Below, piece by piece: positions 39,921 through 49,305 of a stretch of DNA of 64,000 bases; within the stretch, counting starts at the first letter, position 1; every line of letters starts with the position of its first letter. The notes beneath the pieces were generated by a model that saw only the letters and a program-made list of their open reading frames with translations, was not told the DNA's origin and did not search any database. The stretch is from Thermoplasmata archaeon. Lineage in GTDB: Archaea > Thermoplasmatota > E2 > DHVEG-1. The DNA is taken from the NCBI GenBank assembly GCA_014894395.1, contig JADBLO010000094.1, forward strand, positions 346 through 64,345, read 5' to 3'. A program made the translations under genes and the position numbers.

Positions 39921-40388
39921 ATGAGGAATAAACCGACGATTAAGAAAGCACAAATAAAGGATGTGACGTTCGGGAAGAATGTCACTGTTGTTGAGCCGGT
40001 GAATCTCTATGAATGTGAGATCGGCGATGATTGTTTCATTGGCCCGTTTGTGGAAATCCAGCGGAACGTGAAGATTGGGAATAATTGTCGCATCCAGTCG
40101 CATGCGTTTATCTGTGAGCTTGTTTCTATCGGTGATTTCTGTTTTATTTCTCATGGTGTGAAGTTTGTGAATGATTTGTTTTCCGTAGGCAAGCCAGCTG
40201 GCGGGGATCGGTCGTTGTGGAGACCGACGAAGGTTGGTAGCTACGTGTCGATTGGGACGAACGCGACGATTCTTCCAGTGACGATTACGGATAACGTGGT
40301 GATTGGCGCTGGCTCTGTGGTAACCAAAGATATCCGTGAGCCTGGGGTGTATGCGGGGAACCCTGCTCGGAAGTTGCGATCACTGTAG
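39921..40388 (+). CDS. NDP-3-amino-sugar N-acetyltransferase (WbpD/WlbB-like)
   Basis: IGDDCFIGPFVEIQ, IQSHAFIC, V.F.ND, IGAGSVVTKD...GNPAR. Confidence 0.82.
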   Translation: MRNKPTIKKAQIKDVTFGKNVTVVEPVNLYECEIGDDCFIGPFVEIQRNVKIGNNCRIQSHAFICELVSIGDFCFISHGVKFVNDLFSVGKPAGGDRSLWRPTKVGSYVSIGTNATILPVTITDNVVIGAGSVVTKDIREPGVYAGNPARKLRSL

Positions 40389-40400
40389 GAGTAATGCAGT

Positions 40401-41501
40401 ATGAATATTCCTCTTGTTGATTTGAAGGCAAATTACCTTTCCATTAAAAACGAGATTGATAGCGCTATTCAGGATGTGTTGAACAGTAGTTCGTTTATCA
40501 TGGGACCGTTTGTAAAACGATTTGAGGAGAATTTCGCGCGGTTCTGTCAAGTGAAGCATGCTGTCGGGTGTGCGAATGGGACTGCTGCGGTTCATCTTGC
40601 GTTACTGGTCGCTGGAGTAAAGAATGGTGATGAGGTTCTGACGGTCCCCAATACGTTTATTGCGACGACGGAGTGTATCTCGTATGTTGGCGGTAAAATC
40701 AAGTTTGTTGATGTTGCGCCACAGACCGCACTCATTAATATTGACGCTCTTGAGAAAGCGATCACAAAAAAGACAAAAGCACTTATTGTCGTGGACTTGT
40801 ACGGACAGATGCCTGATATGCAAAGAATTCGAGAGATTGCAATTAAGCATGACTTGTTTTTGATTGAGGATGCGGCACAGGCACATGCCGCGGAGTGGAA
40901 CGGTCATCAACCAGGGTATTACGGTGATATCGCGTGTTTCAGTTTCTTCCCTGCGAAGAACCTTGGGTGTTATGGCGATGGCGGCGCGGTGACGACCAAC
41001 TATGATGAGCTTGCGGAGAAATTACGGTTGTTAATGAACCATGGACGGACGACGAAGTATGAACATACGATTGAAGGGTATAATTATCGACTCGATGCGC
41101 TACAAGCGGCAATACTTGATGTGAAGCTTACTCATCTGTTAAAATGGACAGATTTACGCAGGGAGCATGCGCGCTTCTATGATAGGAATCTGCCTTCGAA
41201 TGTTGGTAGGATTATTGAGGCCAAGGGAGCAAAGCATGTGTATTACATGTATGAGATACGTGTAAAACCGCGTGATGAGCTTATAGCATATCTGAAACAG
41301 CAGGGGATCGAGTGTGGGATTCATTATCCGCTTCCGTTGCATCTGCAGCCAGCATATGCTTCGTTGGGATTTAGAAAAGGTCAGTTTCCGGTTTCAGAGC
41401 AGCTTGCTCAAGAGATCATTTCCATTCCGATCTATCCTGAGCTAAGCAGTGAACAGCGTGATTGCATCGTCGATCATATAAAAAAATTCGTTCATAAATA
41501 A
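40401..41501 (+). CDS. DegT/DnrJ aminotransferase (WbpE/WlbC-like)
   Basis: IPLVDL, NGT.A, EDAAQAH, FSFFPAKNLG.YGDGG, N.RLD.LQAA, IHYP.PLH.QP. Confidence 0.9.
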   Translation: MNIPLVDLKANYLSIKNEIDSAIQDVLNSSSFIMGPFVKRFEENFARFCQVKHAVGCANGTAAVHLALLVAGVKNGDEVLTVPNTFIATTECISYVGGKIKFVDVAPQTALINIDALEKAITKKTKALIVVDLYGQMPDMQRIREIAIKHDLFLIEDAAQAHAAEWNGHQPGYYGDIACFSFFPAKNLGCYGDGGAVTTNYDELAEKLRLLMNHGRTTKYEHTIEGYNYRLDALQAAILDVKLTHLLKWTDLRREHARFYDRNLPSNVGRIIEAKGAKHVYYMYEIRVKPRDELIAYLKQQGIECGIHYPLPLHLQPAYASLGFRKGQFPVSEQLAQEIISIPIYPELSSEQRDCIVDHIKKFVHK

Positions 41502-41512
41502 TGTCTTTTTCT

Positions 41513-42397
41513 TCAGATAGGTTCCTGTTTGTTCAGGTTTTTTATATACGCTGAAACCCCGGATTTGAGTTCATCGTTTTTCAGCGCGAAATCAATGATT
41601 GCTTGGATGTAGCCGAGTTTGTCACCGATGTCGTATCGTTTTCCTTTGAATGCACAGGCGTATACCTTTTGAGATTCACAGAGGAGATTAATAGAGTCTG
41701 CAATTTGAAGTTCGTTATTGACACCAGGCTGTGTGCGTTTCATAGCATCAAATATCTCAGGAGTGAACACGTATCGTCCGACTGCAGCTAGTGTTGATGG
41801 TGCTTCTTCGATTTTTGGTTTTTCGACGATATGTTCGACGAGATACAGCTCATGCGCACTCGTGTTTATTTTGGTTGCTTTCACGGCCCCGTACCTGTTG
41901 ATTTTTTCTCGTGGGACGTCTTGAACCGCAATGACTGAAGAATGGTAGGTACTGTAGACATCGATGAGTTGTTTGGTGCAGGGTGTCTCAGAAAGGATGA
42001 TGTCGTCGCCTAAGAGGACGGCGAAGGGTTCATTACCGATGTGCTTTTCTGCGGCAAGGATAGCATCGGGTAATCCTTTTGGGTCTTTCTGTCTGATGTA
42101 ATGAACGTTAGCCATAGAGGAAATCTCTTTAATTGTTTTCAAGAGATCGTCTTTTTTATGTTTTGCAAGATGCATTTCCATTTCTGGTGATTCATCAAAA
42201 TAATCCTCGACTGCGCGCTTTCCTCGCCCGGTGATGATGATGATATCGTCCAGGCCTGCGTCGACTGCTTCTTTGACGACGTAGTGAATCGCCGGTGTGT
42301 CAATGATAGGGAGCATTTCTTTTGGCATTGATTTTGTCACTGGGAGAAATCTGGTTCCTAGTCCTGCTGCGGGGATCACTGCTTTTTTAATGTTCAT
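41513..42397 (-). CDS. galU: UTP--glucose-1-phosphate uridylyltransferase
   Basis: KAVIPAAGLGTRFLP.TK..PKEMLP, FAVLLGDD, VEKP, GRY, ELQI.D. ATG 42397 lies just after the ugd stop. Confidence 0.92.
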   Translation of the reverse strand: MNIKKAVIPAAGLGTRFLPVTKSMPKEMLPIIDTPAIHYVVKEAVDAGLDDIIIITGRGKRAVEDYFDESPEMEMHLAKHKKDDLLKTIKEISSMANVHYIRQKDPKGLPDAILAAEKHIGNEPFAVLLGDDIILSETPCTKQLIDVYSTYHSSVIAVQDVPREKINRYGAVKATKINTSAHELYLVEHIVEKPKIEEAPSTLAAVGRYVFTPEIFDAMKRTQPGVNNELQIADSINLLCESQKVYACAFKGKRYDIGDKLGYIQAIIDFALKNDELKSGVSAYIKNLNKQEPI

Positions 42398-42398
42398 T

Positions 42399-43664
42399 TT
42401 ACCAACATACTCCTTCATAGATTTTCGCGTTTTTTGCTTGTTCGAGTCTTCTTCCATCGATAACGATTTTTCCCTGGTAATCTAAGGTGGTGAATTCTTT
42501 CCATTTTGTGGTGATAAGGATCGCGTCTGCGGTAAGGACCTCTGAAGCGGATGAACAGTATTGTATCTGGGGGTAGAGTGTCTTAAAATTATCCATTGCT
42601 TGGGGGTCGTATGCTTTGATATGCGCCCCGTTTCTGAGCAGTTCTTTGATGATTGGTATCGCCTTGCTGTCTCTGATGTCATCGGTGTTTGGTTTGAAGG
42701 CAAGTCCGAGGACGCCGATGGTTTTTCCTTTCAGCTTAGGGATATGTTTCTTGAGGATTTCGACGAGCCGGAGTGGTTGGTCAGTGTTGACAGCTTTGGC
42801 GCTTTCAATGATACGTGCGTGTTCTTTGATTTCTTTTGCCCAGGCGATGAGCGCGTCAACGTCCTTGGGGAAACAGGAGCCGCCCCAGCCTATTCCTGAG
42901 TCAAGGAATGGTCTGCCGATTCGTTTATCAAGTCCCATTCCTGTAGCAACGTCGTAGGTGTCAATACCGAGTTTTTTACAGAGGTTTCCGATTTCGTTGA
43001 TGAAGGATATTTTTGTGGCAAGGAACGCGTTGCTTGCGTATTTGATCATCTCTGCTGCGGACAACGACGTCTCTATGATAGGGCAGGAGAAGTTCTTGTA
43101 GAGGTCTCGCACGGCGACCCTGCTTCTTTCATCGTTGAAACCAATGACAATGCGGTCTGGTTCAAGGAAGTCTTGTATGGCGACTCCTTCTTTGAGGAAC
43201 TCTGGGTTCATGGCTAGTCCGATGTCTGTGCCGACTTTTTTGCCTGAGTATTGTTCGAGAAGAGGTAACACGATGTTGTGTGTGGTTCCTGGGAGTACGG
43301 TGCTTTTCACGACGACGAGATGCCAAGAATTTTTTTTCTTCAGGATAGTTGCTATCTGTTTTGTTGCTTCTTTCACATACGATAAATCGATGGTGCCGTT
43401 TTTCATTGATGGTGTGCCGACGCAGATGAACGTAATGTCGGTGTTCATGAGTGCGGTCTGGTAGTCTATTGTTGCCGATATTTTGTCCTTATAGGTGAGC
43501 AGAAGGCTTTCTAATCCTTCTTCGTAGATAGGCGAGACGCCGTTGTTTATTTTGCGTACTTTCTCAGGGTTGATATCAACACAGGTGATCGTATGTCCTA
43601 GTTTTGCAAAACAGGCGCCGGTGATAAGTCCAACGTATCCAGTTCCAATGATGGAGAGATTCAT
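42399..43664 (-). CDS. ugd: UDP-glucose/GDP-mannose family 6-dehydrogenase
   Basis: IGTGYVGL, CVGTP, KSTV.PGT, NPEFLKEG, KYASNAFLATKISF.NE, GGSCFPKD, GLAFKPNTDD.R. Confidence 0.92.
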   Translation of the reverse strand: MNLSIIGTGYVGLITGACFAKLGHTITCVDINPEKVRKINNGVSPIYEEGLESLLLTYKDKISATIDYQTALMNTDITFICVGTPSMKNGTIDLSYVKEATKQIATILKKKNSWHLVVVKSTVLPGTTHNIVLPLLEQYSGKKVGTDIGLAMNPEFLKEGVAIQDFLEPDRIVIGFNDERSRVAVRDLYKNFSCPIIETSLSAAEMIKYASNAFLATKISFINEIGNLCKKLGIDTYDVATGMGLDKRIGRPFLDSGIGWGGSCFPKDVDALIAWAKEIKEHARIIESAKAVNTDQPLRLVEILKKHIPKLKGKTIGVLGLAFKPNTDDIRDSKAIPIIKELLRNGAHIKAYDPQAMDNFKTLYPQIQYCSSASEVLTADAILITTKWKEFTTLDYQGKIVIDGRRLEQAKNAKIYEGVCW

Positions 43665-43693
43665 AGTTGAGAATGGAAAACTTTCTTGTTCTT

Positions 43694-44635
43694 TTAAAGG
43701 TTGGCGTGAAGCACGTCTCTGATGGCTTTTCTGACCGCTTCATCTGAGGTGAGGGTTGCTTTCCAGCCAAGTGTGTTTATCTTCTGTGCGTCAAGTTGGA
43801 ATCGTGGGACGTCTCCTTTCCAGCCGCGTATTCCTCCGGTGTACTTGAATGATACATTTTTGAGTTTCATTTCCTCAGCTACCATTTCTGCGATGCGTGT
43901 CACGGTGGTGGTAGTGTCGCAGCTGAGGTTAAAGAGGTTCATTTTCTCTTGGGCATGTGTGAATCCGAAGAGGATGCCGTCGACGCAGTCGCTGACGTAG
44001 AGATAGGGTTTGCATTGTTTACCGTCTCCGAGGATTTCTAATTCTTTTGGGTTTTTCTTGAGTTTTTCTATGAAATCGACGATCACGCCGTGAGTACCCC
44101 GCGCACCGACGACGTTAGCGAATCGATAGATCCAGGTTTGGAAATCAAAGGTGCCGCAGAATGCGCTGATGAGCCCTTCTGCCCCAAGTTTCCCCGCACC
44201 GTACAGAGAGATAGGCAGGGTTGGCCCATACGTCTCTGAAAGGGAGGATTCTTGTGTTTCCCCATAGACAACGGAGCTTGAGGAAAACACGATTTTTTTG
44301 ATGCTGCTATGTCGCATTGCTTCCAGGATGTTGTAGGTTGCAACAATCCCTTGATTGAGATCCAGATCGGTTTGTTTTTCTCCGAGTCGTACGTGAGGGT
44401 TTGCAGCGAGATGGAATACGATGTCATGGCCTTGGATTTCTTTTTTTACTCGTTTGAGATCAAGTAAATCAGCTTTGATAAACGTAAAATTCTCTTGGTG
44501 TAGGTGGTGTTGTATGAATTGTTTGTCTCCTGAGCTGAGGTTGTCGTAGACGGTGACCGTATGTCCGTTTTCGATGAGTGAGTCGACGAGATGGCTGCCT
44601 ATGAATCCGGCGCCGCCAGAAACAAACGCTTTCAT
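43694..44635 (-). CDS. NAD-dependent epimerase (UDP-glucose 4-epimerase-like)
   Basis: GGAGFIGSH, DNLSSG, HLAANP, PISLYGAGK, RFANVVG, GW.GDV. Confidence 0.9.
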   Translation of the reverse strand: MKAFVSGGAGFIGSHLVDSLIENGHTVTVYDNLSSGDKQFIQHHLHQENFTFIKADLLDLKRVKKEIQGHDIVFHLAANPHVRLGEKQTDLDLNQGIVATYNILEAMRHSSIKKIVFSSSSVVYGETQESSLSETYGPTLPISLYGAGKLGAEGLISAFCGTFDFQTWIYRFANVVGARGTHGVIVDFIEKLKKNPKELEILGDGKQCKPYLYVSDCVDGILFGFTHAQEKMNLFNLSCDTTTTVTRIAEMVAEEMKLKNVSFKYTGGIRGWKGDVPRFQLDAQKINTLGWKATLTSDEAVRKAIRDVLHANL

Positions 44636-44749
44636 GGGGGAGGAATCCTCTACGTTGTTTATTTTCCCTTCGATGAGAGGCGCACTTGTATGAAACGAAA
44701 CATTTTATAAAGAACTACGACTTTCTTTACTACAGGCAGGAATGGATAT

Positions 44750-44932
44750 ATGAAACAACGGATTCATCGAAATAAACTCATGTTCCATTGGATCACGAAG
44801 CATCATGAGATCGTGGTCGGGTTTAAACAGGCACGATATGGCACCTGTCGTAAATGTGGGAAGAGCATCCCTGAAGGAGATTCTCTGTGTGACGCGTGTT
44901 TTTCCAAAGATAAGGATGTCAGTAAGAAATAA
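44750..44932 (+). CDS. Small zinc-ribbon protein (CxxC-x10-CxxC)
   Basis: CRKCGKSIPEGDSLCDAC; TTTATAA box ~40 nt upstream; divergent from the epimerase. Confidence 0.55.
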   Translation: MKQRIHRNKLMFHWITKHHEIVVGFKQARYGTCRKCGKSIPEGDSLCDACFSKDKDVSKK

Positions 44933-45042
44933 AAAAAGAAGTGAAAGGTTTTTTGTTTCTCTCTGTTGTTTGGTGAAATGCCATTTATGGGTGAGGAAAA
45001 AGAATTTTGAAGCGCTTTTGTTATTGGTAGGGGTAATTATTT

Positions 45043-45234
45043 CTAGCCTTTTTTGACGTTGACTGCTTTTAGTCCTCTGTCGCTGTCTTCAGTTTCGTAC
45101 TCAACTTTATCGCCTTCGTTCAGGTTTAATTCCGCTGGTACCGATGATCGGTGGAGAAATATATCTTTTCCATCTTCGCCAACGATGAACCCATAGCCCT
45201 TTCGCGTATTATACCATTTTATTGTTCCTTTCAT
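45043..45234 (-). CDS. csp: Cold-shock protein (CspA family)
   Basis: MKGTIKWYN..KGYGFI (RNP1), DIFLH (RNP2), L.EG.KVEY...RG.KAVNV; AGGAGG SD. Confidence 0.95.
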   Translation of the reverse strand: MKGTIKWYNTRKGYGFIVGEDGKDIFLHRSSVPAELNLNEGDKVEYETEDSDRGLKAVNVKKG

Positions 45235-45490
45235 GGTGGTTATTCCTCCTTATTTATTTCGGAGTTTTTTACAAAAGAACTAAAACAAAATGTTTCAAAG
45301 GCTGAGCTATGAAACGGTCGTTTCTCGTCCTTTGTACGAATTGAAATTCTGCTATTCTTTTAAATAGGTTTCTATTGAAAAAAATTGAGGGGTGTTGTGG
45401 GAATGAAATCGGTCCAGTTTTCTTTTGTTTTATTTTTTTATATTTTATTTCTTAGAAAAAAATATATACCTTAGTACATATTCGCATGTC

Positions 45491-46345
45491 ATGGGGAGGA
45501 AAAAGGTGAGTAGAAAAATTCTCCTGAAGAAAGGTGTAGCCGTTGCCATTATCCTCTTGTTTCTTGGAGTCGCTGTTGTACCTAGCATCAACATCAGCCT
45601 TGTCAAGGCAGCTACCGACAATGATCTTGTTGAGGTAACTACCGAGGCGTATGGTATCAAAGGCTTCGGGAATCATACCGTGAAGCTCACCAAACAGCAA
45701 TATCAGAATTTGGAGCTGTATCTGGTTGGTTTCAGAGATCGATTGAATACAACGACAACCAGGGAAGAAGCTGTCCCTCTTTTCAAGGAAGCAGTCGTGG
45801 AATTGAACAAGTACGGGTTGCTCCCAAAGGGGATGAGTGTTGAACACGCACAAAGACTGGTAACTGGATATTATCAAAATTCCAATAGCCTCCGTACGAT
45901 TCAAAATAATTTTCAGAGCATAGCGAAGATTAAACAGAAACAAAATCTGAATCCGAACATGAAGAATGCGTTTTGTTTACTTTTTGCTGCTGCTACGAAA
46001 ATCCCTGATTATTCTCCGAGCCCATTTATCATTCCGTTTGGTGTTTTGCTTGTTTTTGGGTTAATTCCGGCATTCTTAGTATCACTGATAGGAGCAGAGG
46101 AGTTAGCAAACGCCTTGGCAGAGATAGGAATTTTTATCTGGACACTGAATCCTTTTCGAGTATTCAACTTCGTGTTGTTTATGGGGTATGAGGTAGAGCT
46201 TCGTTCATTTGGTCTGAAAGGTCTCGTTCATGAGAATTTAAACAGTGGTGGTTTATTTATGGGCTATTCTGGCTTAATGCTGTCCCCATTCAGTGACAAA
46301 ACGTATTTCTTAGGGTTTACTTTAAGTGTGAATGGTCTTAGTTAG
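45491..46345 (+). CDS. Secreted hypothetical protein (helical domain + Gly/aromatic-rich domain)
   Basis: Signal peptide (KKGVAVAIILLFLGVAVVPS); architecture resembles the N-terminal part of the three genes at 1-6688. Confidence 0.75.
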   Translation: MGRKKVSRKILLKKGVAVAIILLFLGVAVVPSINISLVKAATDNDLVEVTTEAYGIKGFGNHTVKLTKQQYQNLELYLVGFRDRLNTTTTREEAVPLFKEAVVELNKYGLLPKGMSVEHAQRLVTGYYQNSNSLRTIQNNFQSIAKIKQKQNLNPNMKNAFCLLFAAATKIPDYSPSPFIIPFGVLLVFGLIPAFLVSLIGAEELANALAEIGIFIWTLNPFRVFNFVLFMGYEVELRSFGLKGLVHENLNSGGLFMGYSGLMLSPFSDKTYFLGFTLSVNGLS

Positions 46346-46424
46346 CACCTCTTTTTACCAATAATTTTGCAAAAAAATATTAATATATGATATGCATTAG
46401 CATTGCATAAGGGGGAATGAAAGA

Positions 46425-47486
46425 TTGAATGGTAAAATATTATCTCTTATTGTTTGTACGCTGATGATTGTGAGCACTGTTGTACCTGTATCTGGAATTG
46501 TACTAATGGAAAAGACTTCTCATCCTTTAACAAAAGGGAACATTCTTTATGTTGGTGGAAGTGGTCCGAATAATTATACCAAGATCCAAGATGCCGTCAA
46601 TGCATCAAGTAATGGGGATACTGTGTTTGTGTATGATGATTCCTCGCCGTATGTAGAAAACATTGTGATTGATACCTCAATATCTTTAATTGGTGAGGAT
46701 AAAAATACTACCATCATTGATGGTGCAATCAATGGTCACGGTGTAAATATCACCGCAGATAACGTAACGGTAATTGGGTTCACTATCCAGAATTGTAGTA
46801 ATGGATCGGGAATTTGTATATCCTCAAATAATAACAGAATCACAGATAATATCATATTGAATAATAGGTTTGGCATCGGAACATATTATGGTAACCCATT
46901 TGAACTCCCAGCGTTTCCAGGCAGCGGGTATAACACGATTACAAATAATCTAATCATTCGTAATGAGGGGTGTGGTATTTTATTGAATGGTCAAAATAAC
47001 ACCGTTAATGGCAATATTATTTCTCAAACCGAGTATGGAATTATGTTAGCGGTAGCGGTGGCCAATAATATCTCAAATAATATTATCTCCGAGAATGAGA
47101 ATGGTATCTTTATTGCAGCTTCATATAATAATGTGATTTATCGGAATAATATATCGCATAATGAAAATCTCGGTGTTCTTACCTTTTGCACTTCCTCAGA
47201 TATCATCCTTCAGAATAATTTTATTGGGAATGGACAGAATGCATATTTTAATCAGCCGATACTTACACGGTTTCGGATTCTTAAAAACACTTTACATTTT
47301 CCAATTAGTCGAAGTGTTTGGGATCAGAATTATTGGGATAGACCAAGGATACTGCCCTATATGATTCCTGGATTGATCAGTTTAATTCGTGGACCTATTA
47401 CTGACACCCCATACATTTTTGATTATTTTCAGATTGATTGGCATCCTGTACAAGAACCATACGATATTCCTTTACAAGATGGGTGA
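46425..47486 (+). CDS. Secreted right-handed beta-helix (NosD/CASH-like) protein
   Basis: Signal peptide, LYVGGSGPNNYTKIQDAV...GDTVFV, repeated NN.I..N.I...GI units, C-terminal NYWD...DWHP..EPYDI. Confidence 0.85.
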   Translation: MNGKILSLIVCTLMIVSTVVPVSGIVLMEKTSHPLTKGNILYVGGSGPNNYTKIQDAVNASSNGDTVFVYDDSSPYVENIVIDTSISLIGEDKNTTIIDGAINGHGVNITADNVTVIGFTIQNCSNGSGICISSNNNRITDNIILNNRFGIGTYYGNPFELPAFPGSGYNTITNNLIIRNEGCGILLNGQNNTVNGNIISQTEYGIMLAVAVANNISNNIISENENGIFIAASYNNVIYRNNISHNENLGVLTFCTSSDIILQNNFIGNGQNAYFNQPILTRFRILKNTLHFPISRSVWDQNYWDRPRILPYMIPGLISLIRGPITDTPYIFDYFQIDWHPVQEPYDIPLQDG

Positions 47487-47492
47487 CACGAA

Positions 47493-47900
47493 ATGAAAAC
47501 AGGATATAGACTGGTAGGGTTGGTTGTTGCTATCTTCTGTTTGTTTCTCCTGAATTCTATGCCCATTGTGAACGCAAATACTGATCATTTTACCAATAGT
47601 GTAGTACTTGTCATAGGGAAATGCAATACGGTATCCACAACCGCGTTGTGGTTATTTGGTTTTAAGTTCGTCTATAACAAGGAAGTTATTATTCAAGCGA
47701 ATGGTGCAGAGGGGGAGAAGATAAATGCGCTGATATTACCTTCTAAAATTGGATTTTATTTTGGTCAGGAAAATATTTTCATACAGATGGAAGGGGCAAA
47801 AGGTCTCTTTTTTTGGGGGGAAAAATCCTTGTTCTTTCATAATGTCCCACCACGGATATTTGCATTTTGTAAAGCAGTAGATATCTGGGTGAGTTATTAG
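47493..47900 (+). CDS. Small secreted hypothetical protein
   Basis: Signal peptide, beta-rich; 6 bp after the NosD-like gene. Confidence 0.7.
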   Translation: MKTGYRLVGLVVAIFCLFLLNSMPIVNANTDHFTNSVVLVIGKCNTVSTTALWLFGFKFVYNKEVIIQANGAEGEKINALILPSKIGFYFGQENIFIQMEGAKGLFFWGEKSLFFHNVPPRIFAFCKAVDIWVSY

Positions 47901-48001
47901 GGATTTCGTTCGAGAAGAATACGATAAGTTTCGCTCCTTGCACCCTTATTTTTTTCATCAATTTTGTTATTCTGCCATCTAAAAAAAGCTCACATTCTCC
48001 A

Positions 48002-48523
48002 TTACTCGAGTAAAAGCAACCCATAGTAATTTTGAGGGCTGTGATAATCGTGAACCACTTCAATCGGATAACCCGCTGTCCTTGCAGTTTGGTACACATC
48101 GATGCCACAGGCTTCCATTGAAGGACGTGCTTCTTCCGGATGTGTACATCCTTTTTCCATATCGCATTTGTCACAGAGGGAACAGGGACCTGAGCCCATG
48201 CCAAATGCTTTGTAATAGCCGGAAAGAAACGCCTCACGCTCAAGGGTTGAGACAATGGTTTTTACATCCGTCCATTTCGAGGGACAATGAATCAAGAGAG
48301 CGGTTTTATATTCGTCGAGCATCCGTCTCGTTTCTTGCGGGGTTGGAGAAAAAGGTGGGCACGTGAGATGTTGACCGTATCCATCACAACCATACTGACA
48401 TTTCCGTCGTACCCATTCTGCGGTAAATACTTTTTTTGGAGAGATGATTGATGCTTTTTTTGCTCCTAACTTTCGAGCTCTTTGTATAAAATATGTTGGT
48501 AAAGGAAGAGACTTTTCACTCAT
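48002..48523 (-). CDS. DUF2284-type Cys-rich metal-binding protein
   Basis: KCQYGC..YG...CPP, LEREAF..GY, GPC.LC.KC....C.HP..ARPSMEACGIDV. Confidence 0.85.
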   Translation of the reverse strand: MSEKSLPLPTYFIQRARKLGAKKASIISPKKVFTAEWVRRKCQYGCDGYGQHLTCPPFSPTPQETRRMLDEYKTALLIHCPSKWTDVKTIVSTLEREAFLSGYYKAFGMGSGPCSLCDKCDMEKGCTHPEEARPSMEACGIDVYQTARTAGYPIEVVHDYHSPQNYYGLLLLE

Positions 48524-48616
48524 CAACACTCATACATGATTATTTACCATTTAAATAATTCTGTTAAATAGTTGATTGAAACATTTTACGAATTAAAGAC
48601 GAGTTAAAATAGGAAA

Positions 48617-49077
48617 TTAATTTTTTGTACAAAATGAAGTTTTGACCACATGTTGTTTGGTTTTTCCATACTCATAGGTGGGGTTATACGGGCTTGTTTC
48701 ATCGCCGGGGATGCTTGTTACTGGGGCAATTGCCTCCGTCGAACTACTGTAAATGAAATGCTGTACACCGTGTTGAAGAGCGTCTCCTGCAATGGTCTGT
48801 GTCGCCTTCACATTATGGTTATACAATAAGTCCCAGGGGTCGTGAAACCGCATCAACCCCGCGAGATGAACGACGACATCAACATCTTTGGTAACGTCTT
48901 TAAGGGAACCTGGTTTGAGCAGATCTGCCTTTCTCATCTCGATTCCCTGTTTTTCATACATCAATACCTTTTCCGTATCTCTGAACGTCCCTACAAGATC
49001 ATAGCTCTTTTTTTCAGTAGCTCCTGTGCAAGATGAGCCCCAATAAAACCAGTTACTCCGGTGATTAACACGTTCAT
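48617..49077 (-). pseudogene. Frameshifted and truncated NAD-dependent epimerase/dehydratase
   Basis: ATG 49077 (after GGAG) gives MNVLITGVTGFIGAHLAQELLKK, then a frameshift in an A7 run (49008-49014). The -1 frame continues SYDLVG..VVHLAG..YSSS..YGKTK and stops soon after the YxxxK motif. Confidence 0.85.
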
Positions 49078-49305
49078 GATAGTCTCCTACGCAACTCGCA
49101 TTTGGTAATACATTTGTTGATTTTATATCTGTTGACCAGTTCTTTATTGTTTTTGGATTGAGATAATTGTTATACGATGAGAGATAGAGTGTAGCGATGG
49201 GAATTGGATATCGATACGAATATATTATTAACAATCGTTAAGATTATATAGGGGATTGATGGTTATTTTTATTAGGAGTCTTAAGAATTTACCGAGGGTT
49301 ATCCG

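Noticed and set aside
49000-49020. Programmed -1 frameshift or phase variation at A7
   Set aside because: The gene is truncated downstream as well, so frame restoration would not give a full enzyme.
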